NCBI GenBank assembly: GCA_002633005.1
Contig: NMRA01000514.1
Span: forward strand, 62,001 to 126,000
Source of the DNA: Phoronis australis
Lineage: Eukaryota; Animalia; Phoronida
Direction of reading: 5' to 3'
Length of the DNA: 64,000 nt
Positions 48,615 through 63,358 of this stretch are shown here, in pieces. The position numbers and the translations under genes are program-made. Position 1 is the stretch's first letter; every line of letters begins with the position of its first letter. A model generated the notes under the pieces. That model saw only the letters and a list, made by a program, of their open reading frames with translations. It was not told where the DNA came from and did not search any database.

Positions 48615-48732
48615 CTTGGCGACTTGTATTCAGTATCTGCGGAAACAAGAAAGGGAAAATTTGAATACAGCGTATCGTGGCTCACCGATACCCTGACGAA
48701 ATGGGACAGCGTCTACTCGTAGCGTGTCTGTG

Positions 48733-48792
48733 TATATATGCGTTCAAACTCGGATCTCATTGGCTGGAGCCGGCCACGTGACCCGGCATTGG
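48733..48792 (-). promoter_or_regulatory. IF core promoter: TATA-like box, two CCAAT boxes, E-box
   Basis: TATATA at 48733-48738; CCAAT on the minus strand at 48760-48764 and 48788-48792; CACGTG at 48775-48780. Confidence 0.55.
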
Positions 48793-51208
48793 CTGATCCT
48801 GTGACCTTTCTCCGCGTTCTCACAGCACGCCCACCTTCGGTCACAGCCAATTTTTCTCACCTGAACGTCTGAGTGGTTGAACCGGTTTACTGTCCCATTC
48901 ATTAACTGAACGGCATTTCAAAAGATACTAGCAACAACTGTGCCGTGCCGAGACTGTACCATTCAGGGTTATGTGAAAACAGAATAATACGCTCCTCTGT
49001 GATTTGGGTTAGCACATAGTAGTCATTATTACATGCCGTGGCATAACCTGTGTAAATACGACTGACTATGAAATGTTTGAAGCCTGAATATCAAATACCG
49101 GTCACGGCTGGATAAAAACATAAGATTGCCTCCCTCGGCAGAAGACCTCTCATAGAATAGGTCTACGTGACGTGCTGCCTAAAAGGGTGTCTTGTTCACG
49201 CCCAATCTCACAATTAAATGGTTGCCTTTTCTAAAGAAATTTCCTACAATAGGGTTCCCAAAATTTTGTAAACACAATAAACAGGTTCTTTTTTCCAACT
49301 ACACGTATTGAGGATAGATTATATTTGAAAATTATTTAATATATTTCCATATTTCTTCGCAAATCATAATGTACTCGTTCCCTTTATAACATGGCACCTC
49401 TGTCGCGCTTGTGAATTAAAAATTCAACTGTCCCAAGAATCCCTTCAAAAGAACAGTTTTCTGGAACAAACGAAAGGATGTATTTGTACTGCACCAAAGG
49501 CATTGACTGGTCGAGTACTCCCCGGGGTTTACCACTGCCTGGTGAAATTACTTCTACTTGTGTGATACACGTTGTCCTGATGACAAAAATATGTATTGCT
49601 GGTGCGTTTGTACACAGCGATAACGCTCCTAGAGGTTAATGCGCGGAGTCGTAATTCAGCGCCTAGTGTCATTATACATGCAAAAATCTCGACCCAATAC
49701 ACACAGAAACAGACGAGGAAATTAATAAAACGCGGTATACAGGTGACTAGCGAATGTATTTATAACCATGCTAAACATCTGGGGAAGGTTTATGGGCTTG
49801 CAAAAATAAACTGCGGTCATAGACTTGGTTTAAGCTTTTGTCAGATTTTTGCTCATGACGACTGCCGCACAACGTATTACAGAAGTGTACAATGCTTATG
49901 TGAGTTTAAATGTACGGGCCGCCCGCAATAAAAGGTGCGTCAGGGCTCAAAATGTTAACTTACACGTACATCATCTCAGCATTGCGCGAAATTTAACTCA
50001 GCTTGCTTTTGACAATACATGTTTATTGCTGAGATTTTTTAAAAGATTGTTTCTATGCCGTAATGTTCTTCCTATTGGTGTTTTGATAACTGAACGCCCT
50101 TTCCCCCGCAAAAATCTGATATCCCGTAGTGAACCACAATTTCCCTCCGTCCCGATAGTGAAGTGACTGAGGACCACAACAGATCCGTATTCATGGTGTT
50201 ACAATAATTCATAAACGCTTGGCCAGTCTGAATGGATTGAAATTAATTTCACACTAAAAGGTCACAACGGCATTATCAGGATACGACACCTACAGCTGTA
50301 TAGTTGAGGTCAGTCACGTCATGATCAATGGGTTTTTGTTTTAAGGTTAGACGACGTTGTCATGCGACTTGGGAATGCGTGATTAGAGCAACGCTTGCCA
50401 CTGAATATCAATATACTAATCGAATTTTCTAAATCCTCACACAGTTCATATTAAGATGTTTTGATTCAACAGGAAACCGTGTGACTAGAAGGGAAATAAA
50501 ATGAAATAACTACGGGGGATGGGGTTGGAATTAGGAACAGACTAATGTTCAAGATAAGCCACAAATTGTTTTGTGAATGGAACACACTCAGGCACCATGC
50601 GCTTTTTTTTCGCGTATTTTGGTCATGAAAATAGGGCAGTGACTAAATGTGGTCCTTTACCTCAACCACAGCTCAATGCGATGCGGTTAACCTGACTGCC
50701 TCATGAAAAGTTTAACCTCAAACGAAACGGTTAGGCCTATATCACTTGCAGGCCCAAACTCGCGAGATCTACAAATGGTGGACTTTTGAAGACAATATCT
50801 GCTTTATTGTTTGCTTTTGTCTATTTTAAAATGATCGGATTTTCTCATTATAAGCTAAGTTCAATAGTTTATTTGATTCCTCGAACAGATATATCAACTG
50901 CTGTGCACCCCGCACGCGCTCCCCAGCCTTGTCAGCACGTCCACACTTACTGCAGATGTCAACAGTTATCATACGCATTGGTTGCAGTGTTAGGGAAGGA
51001 ACCTCAAAATGGCTGAAAACCATGCTGATCTGCTGAAGGAACATTGATCAGTTTTACGGCCAAATTCTATTGGATGGAATAGATCATGTTCTTGGAGTTA
51101 TTAGCTTTGTGATTTTATTGTAAATTGTCGTTGTCAGCCAAACATTCGCTGAAATCAAAGCTGGTGTCCTCACCATTCAAATTCGCTTATGCACTCTGCT
51201 ATTTAAGC

Positions 51209-51269
51209 GTGGGATTTGGCTCAGCGGCAGACCGTTCGGCTGCCGATGCGGGTATATTGTGTTCGATTC
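51209..51269 (+). other. tRNA-like remnant (SINE head or tRNA pseudogene)
   Basis: A-box TGGCTCAGCGG and B-box GTTCGATTC; no 3' acceptor strand or intact T-stem. Confidence 0.4.
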
Positions 51270-53188
51270 TGTTCTATTATTAATTTTCGTAAAATAACTT
51301 TACCCGTCGGGAGAATGCCCCTTTAAAGTGCATTTCGCCCATGTTGGCTCAGATAAATACGAAAAACGAAACAGGCCATTTACATGTACTGTCACAAAAT
51401 CAGCCTTAAATATTTCTTACCACGAGTTGAGTCTATTCCCGTAACCAACAATAACAACGATCAGCGACTTAAACTGAGGCAAAGATATTATAGTACATAT
51501 CGACGGTACCTTTGAGTCGGATTGGCCAACCCTCAAATTCGAAAATGAGGCATGTACTCATTGCTTGTGACTTGAATTGTCGGCTCATTCAACGACAATT
51601 CAAGATCAGATACGCGTGCTAATGTTTTTAAACCCTAAAGCGCTTCGCATTGATAGCTCAATACCATTTATGATTCCCAACATGATGTTAGTAGAGTAAT
51701 TCCGTGTAATGGTCGAATATAACGTGCCCGCGTTTTGAGAACCAGTTTACTCCACTGACTAACGGGCATAAAACTGGTTATCAAAATATGTACACGTCGT
51801 ATCCGACTATTGCTTAATACCGTATCAAAGAACTTAAGTCACTCAATACTGTATATGTCCGACACAATTTGCAACATTAACTTAATTTGAGGTTCGGGAA
51901 TTGGCAATTGGTTTAATATCGACATATTAATATGGTGACAATTTGTAGAAAAATTCACAAACATTGACGAAAAGCGGGGTTTTCTGCAAAACATCAAAGC
52001 ATTCAGAATTTTAAAACTGCGGTAAAAGATTTATCATTTCTCTCGTCTAGCCGACTGATGAGGTTAACGCGATGACTTCCTGTCACTAATACAAAAACAT
52101 CCGTAGTCGGGTCATCTCAGGGAATTTCGCCGGACTATTTCTGGGCGTATGAAGCAACGCCACCGCAATTTTGTCATAGAAATAGCTGCCTGGTGTGTCA
52201 GCTAAGTAACTATAGTATGTTTGGTGTCAGATGGCGGTATGCGTTGAACGGCGCGGTATTTCTGATCATACTTTGATACCAGTGGCCGTGGACAAATTAC
52301 AGAAATATGGGGCGATATTATGAGAGCTGTTCAGGACTGATGATTGTGATTCACACAGACAAAAATGATTGATTGCTTCAGATATACGAGTGCGTGTAAC
52401 CTGAGGCCAGCATGGCGATGAATATTGACTAGGAATTCGACAGACAAAATCAGTGCCCTGTACATGTACTGTTAAAGTCTTCACGTGTAGTTATTTCATT
52501 TAAATTGCATGTTCCAATCGTATGCATTATTTTTTATTAAAGAACCCAGCCTTATGCGTGCTTAAAAATCACTATACGATAAAAAATGTTAAAACAAAAG
52601 TACACACTACCCGGTATTTCACGCGACAATATCAATGTTTTTTTCAAAAGCGGAACTAACAAAAGGTATTGGATATTCAATATTTTCCGGGTGCTTGATA
52701 AATCCCATTCTCAACTAAAGGTGCATTGAATATTTTGTACATCATTTTTCTTCAAGAAACAAAATCGGCGACAATGAAGCATGTCAGGAACACAATGGCA
52801 CCAGTTGAACAGAATTAAGTCTCAGACAAAACTTCAGTGCTGTTCGGAGATTTTCCTCAAACAACTGTTCAATTAAGTTAGGTTGGTATGTTTTCCTTTT
52901 GCTTTTACTTTAGAAATTATCCGCTAGGCCAATGACTGGTTTATTGCTTCCCTGATGAACCACGTGACGTTCGGGTCCTTCGTTACTCGGCGAAAGCGCA
53001 AGCTAACTTTCCCCAGCTTGAATGTATGCAATTTCAGAGTGAGACATGATCTCTAAGAACACAACTCTGTGATAATGGTTACACCTACCCCTCTAAAAAT
53101 GCAGTTGAAAATGAATGTGGTAATGCAGTATTTTCTGTGGTTGTCCAAATCACCTGAAGCCGAGCTAAAACGGATCGGGATTCTTGCT

Positions 53189-53313
53189 GTTTACCCGGCG
53201 CCACATGGCCCTTGTTTTACCCAGCGCCACATGCTTCTTGTTTTACCCAGCGCCACATGGTCTTTATTTTTACCCAGCGCCACATGATCTTAACCTTTAC
53301 CCTGAGCGTCACA
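53189..53313. repeat. Short tandem repeat, about 5 copies of TTTACCCAGCGCCACAT with 25-28 bp period
   Basis: Visible directly in the sequence. Confidence 0.85.
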
Positions 53314-56300
53314 TTACGCCAGGTGTATACTTCAAAATAATCGGGGAGCTGACTAAAACAAATTATATTATTCCGTTGTCCTTGTCTGGCTTTTAAACAG
53401 GATTTATCCATTTTGGAAAGCTTGTTTTGTATTTGCATTTGACTTGGGTCGAGATCATTCGATTTTTTTAAACTCAGCGAGGAATTACTACGGTTAGTTA
53501 AGGAAACGCTTAAAACTGTATCAGCTTTTCACAAATAATTTCACGTTTCTGGAAAAATTGGGAATGAGCTTATTCCGTAAGACAGTGACCCGGGCAAATC
53601 CGACATACGTGAAATATTCCAATTATATTACAATCTATTATTGATTTGCTCTAAATGTTTATCCTAGAGCGTTTCTAGTGTTCTTTTAACCTTCCTATCT
53701 TTTTCTTTAGTACACTCGGCAAACGTCAGTCATTTTCACTCCACAGCAAACTGCTGATGTCGTTACCGCCTCGATTTCAGTCAAATTTTGCTGGAAGCGA
53801 GCATGATGAATTTCTATTTTCTAGAGAAATAAAAATACTAGTGACGTTGCTGCTCTAGCTCTGGCCAAAGTTAATAACTTGAAGAAGGCTATCTTGTCCA
53901 AAAATGACCCCACCACCTGACTGCGTTTTATCTCTGAAACCTAGTGCCTCCCTTAAACTGGAGAACACGTGGGACACACGGAATGAATTGATCTAGAACG
54001 TGATTAGCTTTTCTGACTGGGAACGCAAAAACTTCGCAACTATGAACAACATCGGCCATGCGGAAGATTCCTCCAGTCAAAATAAAGAACAAAAAGCGCG
54101 CGGTTTCTTGTGTGAATGTTTCCCTGCCATTAAATATTTAGTTTCTTCTAAACAGTCACCAACCACAGCATTAAACGAGTTAAATGTCGGGCGTTTACCT
54201 TCCTTGATGTTGTAAACAAGAAATTCTTCAGGACGTTCCAAGAAAATGTGTCAGACGACACCATAAGCCTACTTGCGAGGGGTCACGAAAATCCTTCACC
54301 CCACTACACATGTTTTGCTTTATGCCCACTTATCGTCGAAGAACATACAAGTTGCGAATTATTATAATTGTCTTTTCTTGTTTGCCTCGTCAAAAATGTT
54401 CCCTGACCATGACGTCATGTCTTAAGACCGAACGAGTAGCTGATATACAGGAGTTCTTATTGTGTTTCGCAACGCGGTTATTTTAAGACGAATAACGAGC
54501 AGTTGCATTTAAACATTGTGTATCATGGTTCATTGCTGGTAAGTAGTCTGATGGTATCGGTATTCAACCAGATGCCTCTAATGAAGTACATAATGGTAAC
54601 CTGTCTTGTAAATACTTTTTTTCTTAAACCAGGTTCCTCAAAATCGTTCTTGAAGAATAAAAACAACAAAAACGAAGACGATGACGATAATGCTAATTAT
54701 ATAATTAATAATGATAAATTTGAGAAAAATGTTAACCATTAATTAACTTGCTTATGTATTTTAATACAAAAATGAAGGAAATCTATTATCATACGTGAAC
54801 TTTATCCCCAATATTCTCAGCTCTTTCACATGATACACGTATATATATCTTCTTTATTGTACACATGGCCATCGGCCCAAAGTACAACATCTAAACAAGT
54901 TCATTGGAGTGTTATGCACAGTAAGCAATACACAAGCTGTTCCTTTTTTTATTCAACAATAATGTTCCATTATTGGGGTTAACGATTCCACGTCCGCGCC
55001 AATTTAGATGACAGCAAGGATCCCCTAGACCCCAGTCTCGGACCAGCGAACAACAAACTCGCAATACAAATCCCAGACCCTCGCCCAGTGCTGTAGTGGT
55101 AAAATTACAGGTAAGTAGGCGCCCAAAGCCCACCGAATCACTTTGAGCACTGAACGTAACTTACGGTGCGTAGGCGCTGCCTTCAAATGCCAAAAAGTGG
55201 TTGGCTGCGCCTACGTGCGCCTACGTGCGCTTACGCCCCACTACAGCACGGGCCGTGCCTTGCTGTTTTCCTCATAAGCTCCGAAAATGTTCCGTGACAC
55301 GTGACCAAAGACCATATCGTCACCGAGTTTAGAACTTTTTCGGATTTTGAGTGTAATTTGTAGCGCTGTTCTGAGTTTTGTACCGCTTGTCGAATGTTTC
55401 GCTCAGGCGTCCGCTCGGACTGGGGTTTCAGTGGGGGATCGAAGCTGAAATTTAGCGGGCCGGACATGGAATCGTCTTTACCCTTTAATTGTGTAGTTGT
55501 AGATGAAAAAATAACACTTCAAACAAACCTGTAAGCGTTCCAAAACTGAAATTTCGATAGAAATCAAGCTTTTTAGTTCTTAATGATTTGGACAAACTAT
55601 TGCTTAGACTCGTCACTCGTGGCATGCTAGACGCAGAGCCCACGTATCCCAAAATGTTTTCAATTTACGAATAGGCATTGAATCAATTTACTGTCAGATT
55701 CTATACTACCATTGATCAAAGTTGGTAGACAGGAACGAGTCACGACCCGGCTTTGTAAAGTGCAGTAGTAAGCAAGTAAAAAAACACCACGTAAGTGTTA
55801 ATGACGCGTGAGACGCGGGTGACTTTTCACCCGAAGTGACCTCGACGGTGGCTGTCTAAATGCACAACGTTGTATAATTCTTTCTGTCTGTCTGCAAGGA
55901 AATGAAACTAGAGAACATGACCCGCGCACAAAATTGCCCAGTTTTAAAGTTATTTGTTCCCCCCGGAAAGCACTTCTGTATCCAGCTGATGGAAATTGGA
56001 GTCATTTGGCTTACAATACTACTACTGCTACTACATAATACCGTGTCACCCGTTTACCATCGCCACAACCACGAACATCACAACATTTGCTATTACTGTC
56101 AATATGATCTTTAGTTGTGAGTATTACATGCACTTTTAATACCGATGTATAACAACTTGAAAGTCGCTAAGGTGTGCTACAGTTTAAGTACACATAAAAA
56201 TTGAATAATTCGGTAATTGTTTCACCATTTTCGAGAGGGTTAGTGTCTGAACATTCCCAAATGCCACATCTCCAAGGGGGTCCTCCAGGGTCTCTCAACG

Positions 56301-59035
56301 GACGCCAGTGAACAGGGTTGCGTTCCTCTTTCGCGAGGAAAGCAAGTGTGATCGCATGCTCCACTGCGTTCTATTGCGATTTCGCGAGTTTCTTGTGTCA
56401 ACGGAACGCAGCTCAGATTTGGCGTACTGAGCTGTGACCTCATTCCACAATGCACGTGAGTGATGACGTAAAAAATTATTTTTTCAAATAAATGACTGAG
56501 AAATTGACCGAGAACAAATTTGATTCACCCATGACAAAGTCAATTGAAACTCAAACCAGAAGAAACAGTTAGGTTGTGATCAAAACATTCGATGCATATT
56601 TTCAGAGCCGACACAAAATAGCCAGACTATTCTGGAAGATGTACTAAATAAAAGGAAAACCTATGGCTGCGAAATTCGTTATCAAATTCTCTTTAATTGT
56701 CAATTTCTGGTTCAGCTAAATGCAACCTATTTCACGAGGACCGTCGGCCTTGCTTTGACTGTGCAGTCAATACATGTAATAGGTAATCATAACTTGGGAA
56801 AAAGTACACTAGCGAATTCCAAACTGCAGAATGCAAGTGCACGGTGTTTATTTCTTGTCGTTGAAATGACAAAGAAACAAGTAATTAGCATACAGTTGTG
56901 AGGCGTGGACCGTCGCATGAGGGACCAGGGTAGAGTTAATTAAACAGATGCCCCGCAGCGAGAAAAATCTAGCCAAAATCACATGCTCTCATTGAAAATA
57001 CACTGCGACATGTTGCGGAATCTAGCGAGATCTTGCTAATCTGGCCAGGAATAGCGTTATTGAGCTCTTCCCAGGAGGTACGGACTCCATATCCTTCCAC
57101 TTTCGTATTGCTGTAGCGGAGGTATCTGAAGTGCCCTCTTGCAATTGTCTGTCAATTTCTAATCAATTTCCTCGTTATAAGCACAGTCGGATCCGGCCAT
57201 AGTTACGGTTTATCAATGTCTAAGCTCTACATGTTCCGATCGTATGTTGACGTATACTCAAAGTACTAGCCCTGCGCTAGCGGAGACGGATAAAATCGTC
57301 GCCTTTATTTCTGTCTCATACTATTAATCCAATCCCATAATTCGACATTCCGACCTAATCGAACATGCTCACGAAACACGCGCCTTTCACTCGCGTGATT
57401 TTGCTTGGTTTTGTGTGATTTCACTTTTCTCGCAAGAAAATTGGTCTGCCAGACGCAACCCTGATCGTTAGTGACCTATTTTTGTTTTTGTACCAACAGG
57501 GTGGAGGCAGTTTTAAAATATGACTTTAACAGGGAAATGTGTGTACACAGACGGGATTCGGGCACATTAAAGGCGCGAGAGGAAAACGCCACATCCCGCC
57601 ATAACTAATCATTTAGAGACTGATACTCTACGGAAACCCTAAAGGCATAAACGCGTGAGGCTGATTTCAAGTTCGAGTATATACATGTATGTATACATCA
57701 AAATCAATGTCAAGGGGTGGTTATTCAAAGAAGTCACAGATATATCAACGGTGATGTTGTTTCGCATAACAGTCACCCCAAGTCAACATCTGTATGACCT
57801 GAGTGTGTACTTACTCGACAAGCAAACAATTGGGGGACGCGTATAACGCTTGTGGACACAATGAGACCTCGGGTCACAGGATATTCTGTTTATCAGATCG
57901 CTGGGAGCGCGTGGGAGAAAATTATCATAATTTTGTCAACGTGTGATTAGTTTTACATTTGCACCATTGTGACCCTCGATGTGGATCGGTAAACACGATA
58001 TCTGATAGGACATCCCATCAAAAAACTGAGGAGGCGTTTCTTAAAAAATGTTAATGAAGCTACGGTAACGGTAACTTGAGGACGGTCGTCGGATTTCGCG
58101 TGGACCACCATTACTTTATAACTCGCTGTATCTTGTTCTCGTTCTCCATAAAATAACAGCAACACTGATGAGAGTAGATACCACAACGTTCGTATATTGG
58201 GGCATTTTTCAATTCGTGAGGTTTCGTATGCCGCCATGGACATAAAGCTAATATGAGCCAGTAATAGAGAATGGGATGTAGGCACTTAAAATGTTTAGTC
58301 TGGTATTATAAGACAATAAACATGTCATGAACTTGAAGCGGATAGCGTAGTAAAGACAATGAAGGATCTTCCCGTGCAAGGTTTAGTCAGAAAGATAAAC
58401 CTACGCCAAAATGGGACGCCAACTTTCTGTAGGATTAAGGATGTGCAGAGGGGCCTATCCTCAGCAAAATGACGGCCACTGAGGTGATTGGTCGGCGAGG
58501 TTGGAGTGTTGAATTGTGGGATTGCGTTATGTGCTTCCGTCATATTTCGCCATCAGTACAGTCTGTTGAACTCAAGCCTAGTTAATTGTTTGGGCTTGTG
58601 TATCCGTAGAAAAATACGGCCATTTGGCCTTTTCATTTTGACATGAACTTGATTCAGATTTTTGCAGAAGCAGTGGAACCCGTCACTATACTAACGTATT
58701 ACAGTGGGGGTGATTGACCTATCGCCAGGATTTTGAGTGACGGCTTAGCTGACCAATCAGAACGCAGCATTCTTGACACACCTTAGTTTCTAAGCCGGCA
58801 TTTTACCCAACAAACAACACGTTGCCGGGTAAAATTTATTGTATGCTCGTCAACATTACGCAAGGGGGTGGAGCTGTGCGATAGGTCAATTGACATACAT
58901 GGTGCAATAATGGGGTCTGTGTGAGAGGCTCGGTACAGAGAACACCACACACAAGTAAGACTGCTGACGATGTAGGTTTTGGCCAAATAATTAGAAGAAG
59001 AAAACCCAGCACAATTGTTGTTAGCATTCTGTGTT

Positions 59036-59310
59036 GACATATATGCACGAGTCCAACGTTTCGATGACGTTCAGTTCATCATCCTCACGGAGTATATCAA
59101 ACCTCAACAAATAAGTTCACAAGAAACAAAATCAAATGAATGAAAGCTCACTTGTAAAACAGTCACACGCAAAGGTCAAAAGTTTAAAAATATCCTCAAA
59201 GGGTGAGCTCAACCGACCCCTAGTTGACCTTGTTTCTGGTGGCTTGATATACTCCTTGAAGATGATGAACCGAGCTTCATCGAAACGTTTTGATTCATGT
59301 ATATATGTAA
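59036..59310. mobile_element. Penelope-like terminal-repeat remnant: inverted pair of hammerhead-like motifs
   Basis: About 70-bp inverted repeat (59036-59107 vs 59238-59310). Each arm reads TCC-nTGAnGA-T-GATGA..TCATC-GAAACGTT. Confidence 0.55.
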
Positions 59311-62300
59311 GTAAGACTGGTTTCAAGCAGTTTGCCACTTCCTTTTTGGATCAGTCATAAAAGTATGATGCCCTGAAAAGTGTCCCTAGATAACGAGAGT
59401 GGAGTCAAAAATCCGATTGCCATTATATCAAATTGCATGATTGTAAAATCGTTATCGTTGATTTTGGCTGGATTATTGGTTTTTGAATTTAACCACTTGG
59501 CATTTAACAAAGTATGCAGAAAGTATCAGAATCTCAATCTCTTATAGTCAACGTTCCAGAATCGCAGCGTTGCATGCTGCCGTAACTCCATTGAAGGGTA
59601 GAGAAGTCGTGCCACACAAATTTACAAAACGAATTAATCCGCAAGCAGGTCCAGATTAATGTGCACACGGGTCGTACCCGGTCCATTTTCAAGTGACACG
59701 CTTGAGATTCCATTGCCAACGAATCCATCGCATGTGGGAACATACGACAGTTTTGTATTCTACATTTTAAGCACAGTCGAGCTGAATCGGCTTTTGAAAC
59801 ATAAAAGGAGGTGTCTAGGAAGGGCTATCATTTGTTCACACATGACGAAACAGGTTCCCTCCGCCTTAATGACTGATAGACCACGATTACATGGCGGGTC
59901 ATTGCCTAGGAAATGATGTCAATCAATAAATTAGTCATCGCCACATTTAGTTTCTAGCACTGAGCTGCTGGTGTGAAAATATAAACGACAAATTAGATCC
60001 CTGTGAAATTTTGAGTTACAAAATCGAGAAATTACTTAGATGCTCGTGCGTTTGCAGTCAAGTTGCTACACTAAAATGCAAACGCTAAACCCGAGTCTAC
60101 ACTACGAATTTTCGACATCGTTTGTGTCTTAGTGCATGACCTTTGTAACCCTGTCTACAGATTTCGATTGTGGAGTACTACTCTATATAGCGACTTTTAA
60201 CTTTGAAAAGTCTTGTCGAAACACCTGTCTACGAAATCTGATTAGTCGTAAACGGCAGTCATAAACAGGCGTTTAAACACCATGTCTACAAATCCTGTTT
60301 TTTGTATACCAACGACTTGGTAATTAAATGATATTCGTATCTGAGTACCAGTCTACACGCGCGTACCTATGTTTTGCTGGCGAAGTCGTGTATGAAAAAT
60401 CGTAGTGCTTGAAGTGGGCTTTACAGCTAAACTAGTGAAGTCTTACCAATGAATTTTGTGTAATTTGTTGTAAAAATGAGTAGGAATAAACAAACGGTTT
60501 GAATCATACATTTTAAAAAAAACGGTTGTCATTTGACTTTGTACACTGAAATTCGAATGTTGCCGAGCTTCGATATTTTTGGGCAGCGAATATACTAGTC
60601 TTGCAAACTTTGAAACATTAACACGTCTCCTTTTACACAACACGGTGTTTGAAGAGTAGCGATGTCACGTTCTAACAAGGCAATTAATCTGACAACTTCA
60701 TGAAGATGAGCATGCACGTGTATTGTGAATTATCCGTATACTGTTACCAACTCTAATTGCTGGATAAACACAGCCAAGTGTTTATAAACAACTATCTCAT
60801 TTTAGCACATCTGGAAAATAAAACAAGCGATTTCTACGGGTGTTTTTGCAATTAGGGTGCAATTTTGCCTGTGTTAATGAGACTAGTCATAGACGGATGA
60901 GTCTATAAACTTTAGTCCTGTTTAAAACAAATACTCTACATGGTTGAACGACAAAATTATAGATTTTAACCCAATAGATATTTTTTAAAAACAAGAAACC
61001 TGAAGAATTTGATTTTTGACTTAATACCTGTCGGCCATTAATTGGGCCACGTGACATTGCCAAATCTAAAGAAACGGCATTAGCATGATCAACTTCCGTT
61101 TCAGATAAATGTTCAAGATGAAATCTCAAAATTCCTTACGGTTTTCGAAATATCATTTCGCTTTTTCGAACCATGCCCTTTCGTGTAGTTTTCATGATAA
61201 TCACAAAAGTCTTACTTTGTGACCCCTCTGCAGAACTGGAATAGTTTATAAACAATTCCTAACAGCATTTTGGAGAACAGTGCGTAAAGTATCCGGAAAG
61301 TTTCATGTGAACCCGGTCAAACATTCCTGGCCAAATTTGAACATTTTTCTAGGGCTCTACATTACCTTGATAGATAGAAAGCGATATCAATCGGAGGTTA
61401 TAAAAGGGTGCTGGCGGCTACAATGTTTGGGGCGATTAAAATGACGCTATGATGACGATGCCTGCTATGGTTAGGATGACGACCGCGATAATACAAATGG
61501 TGGTGACTTGAGCCAATCAGGAATTGATTTTGATTGATATCGCAGGTGCAGTGTAGCAACATCTGGTCACGTGGTCTGTTTACACTCAAATACACATCGC
61601 AGACGAGACAGTTTTGCTTGTGGTTCAAGTTAAACCACATATGGCCGAGGAATACGCCCCGGTCTTAAAGAGGCCTGGAGCGCGACTAACATACTAAACT
61701 GCATTATTCAAATTGGTCCTCTACAACTGAAACTGAGTTCAACCTGGTCACCAGGTACTTTTACGTTTAGTTCGTAAAGAATTTGGATTTCTGTTGATGT
61801 CAGAGCATTTTTCAATTAGCTTTAAATTTCAAAAAATGATCTTTCATTAGCTCGTCACTTCGTCGATTTTTCTCCCTTCGATTTTTCACAACGCTTCTCC
61901 TTAACTGGTATGGCGAGACATAGACGTAGCACATTTCCCTCATATGGAAAGGTAACTTTTAACCTTTTATGTAAACAAAGCAGTGTCGATTTCAATCAGC
62001 AGCCGGTCCAATTAAGAGGTATATAATGTAAGTGGTAACTATATAAAATTACTTATAAACATATCGTAGTGTTCAAATGTATTCTAAAATGTACTTGAAA
62101 TCAATTTTGGAAAATTCCCTCAAACTGTGTTGTCGACCTCAGATTTGAAGTGCGATCATACATGATAATCTTGTCAGTCAGCTGTTTGTCTAATAACTGT
62201 GTGCGCGTATTTATCATATGTGGGATGACTACAGAGTATTTTCTCTGCGCACATTTCAAAAATCTTTTTTTTTCTGGAAATTTCCTCAAGGTGAAATTGA

Positions 62301-62838
62301 ATAACTCTGTAATCGACGTTACGAGATGATTATTTCGTCAGGAATTGTTTAAAAGATATTTTGGCTAGCTTTTGCATTCCATACCTGTTAGGAAAAGCAT
62401 TGTGGTTCGTGAAGAGTCCCTGGAATTATCTCACACTCCAAAAAACGAGGTGTTTGGGGGATGAGCTGATAAATATTTAATACATACCCGATACATCTCA
62501 TAAAAAACTCTGGTAACCATATGCCCCGTCTTGAACTTCAACTTTAGGTAACGTACACAAGAGCGCTGCCAGCGCCTTCTAGTTTAAAGCTACGTTCGCC
62601 AACTTCAAAAACTGAAAAACCACTGAGTGAATTTTCTTCTTGAAAAATCATGCGTCCCAGATAATTTATTCAACATCATTTATGACTAGACAAAGTCATG
62701 CTTAAGGATATCTAGGGCCTTATTAATTTTTGCAATATGAATACCTGTGTAGAAGAATCTGTTATCTTCATCTCTAATTAACCTTAAAATCAAGACGTTT
62801 TATTGATAATTAAGTTAATTACGCATAGCAAATTCAGT

Positions 62839-63358
62839 TAATATTGCGAGTGAGTGTTGAAATAAAGACCATGTATAGTAAGGTTATATTGACCAAAACA
62901 AGTTTTTACCGAATAATTTAGCAAAAACCGTGATTTTGAGACTCGACACGTTTTCGACTTTCTTTCGACTTCACAAAATCTGCTTAACTTTAACTTAAGA
63001 ACACAAGTTCTGGAAAATGGCACGGTGGACTTCATTGAAACTTCCCAATTCTAATATTCATTTACATGTATCAATCTCACTGAAAAACGCTATTAGGATT
63101 TTTTAAAGTCCTAGTTTTATTGTGCTGTGACATAGGTGAATACGACCGCTGTATTTTTACAAAAATGCCTAGAAACCAAACTAAAAGAGTTATCAAAAAT
63201 TCCTAACTGCTTTTTTAGAGATATCGGCAAGTTTTCTTTTGAAGAAGGTTTCATTAAAATCAACTAAACGGTATTTGTGCTATGAATGTACATTTGGTAG
63301 AAATGAAGCTTTGACTTAAAAATGGTGACCACGTTATCTTCACAATAACACGTATTAC
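62839..63358. mobile_element. Old palindromic MITE-like element
   Basis: Several nested imperfect inverted segments, e.g. TTAGGATTTTT / AAAAATTCCTAA and TGAAACTT / AGGTTTCA. Confidence 0.4.

Noticed and set aside
48090-48722. Plus-strand ORFs of 210 and 129 aa (also 36219-36782, 28516-28734, 31497-31733)
   Set aside because: Antisense shadows of GC-rich IF exons; the poly-Pro and poly-Ala tracts mirror Gly codons.
51209-51269. Functional tRNA gene (also 20531-20560 and 22772-22845)
   Set aside because: A/B boxes are present but no complete cloverleaf or acceptor stem.
52951-53010. Hammerhead ribozyme (CTGATGA...GAAA)
   Set aside because: The base of stem II is mismatched and no stem I partner could be found.
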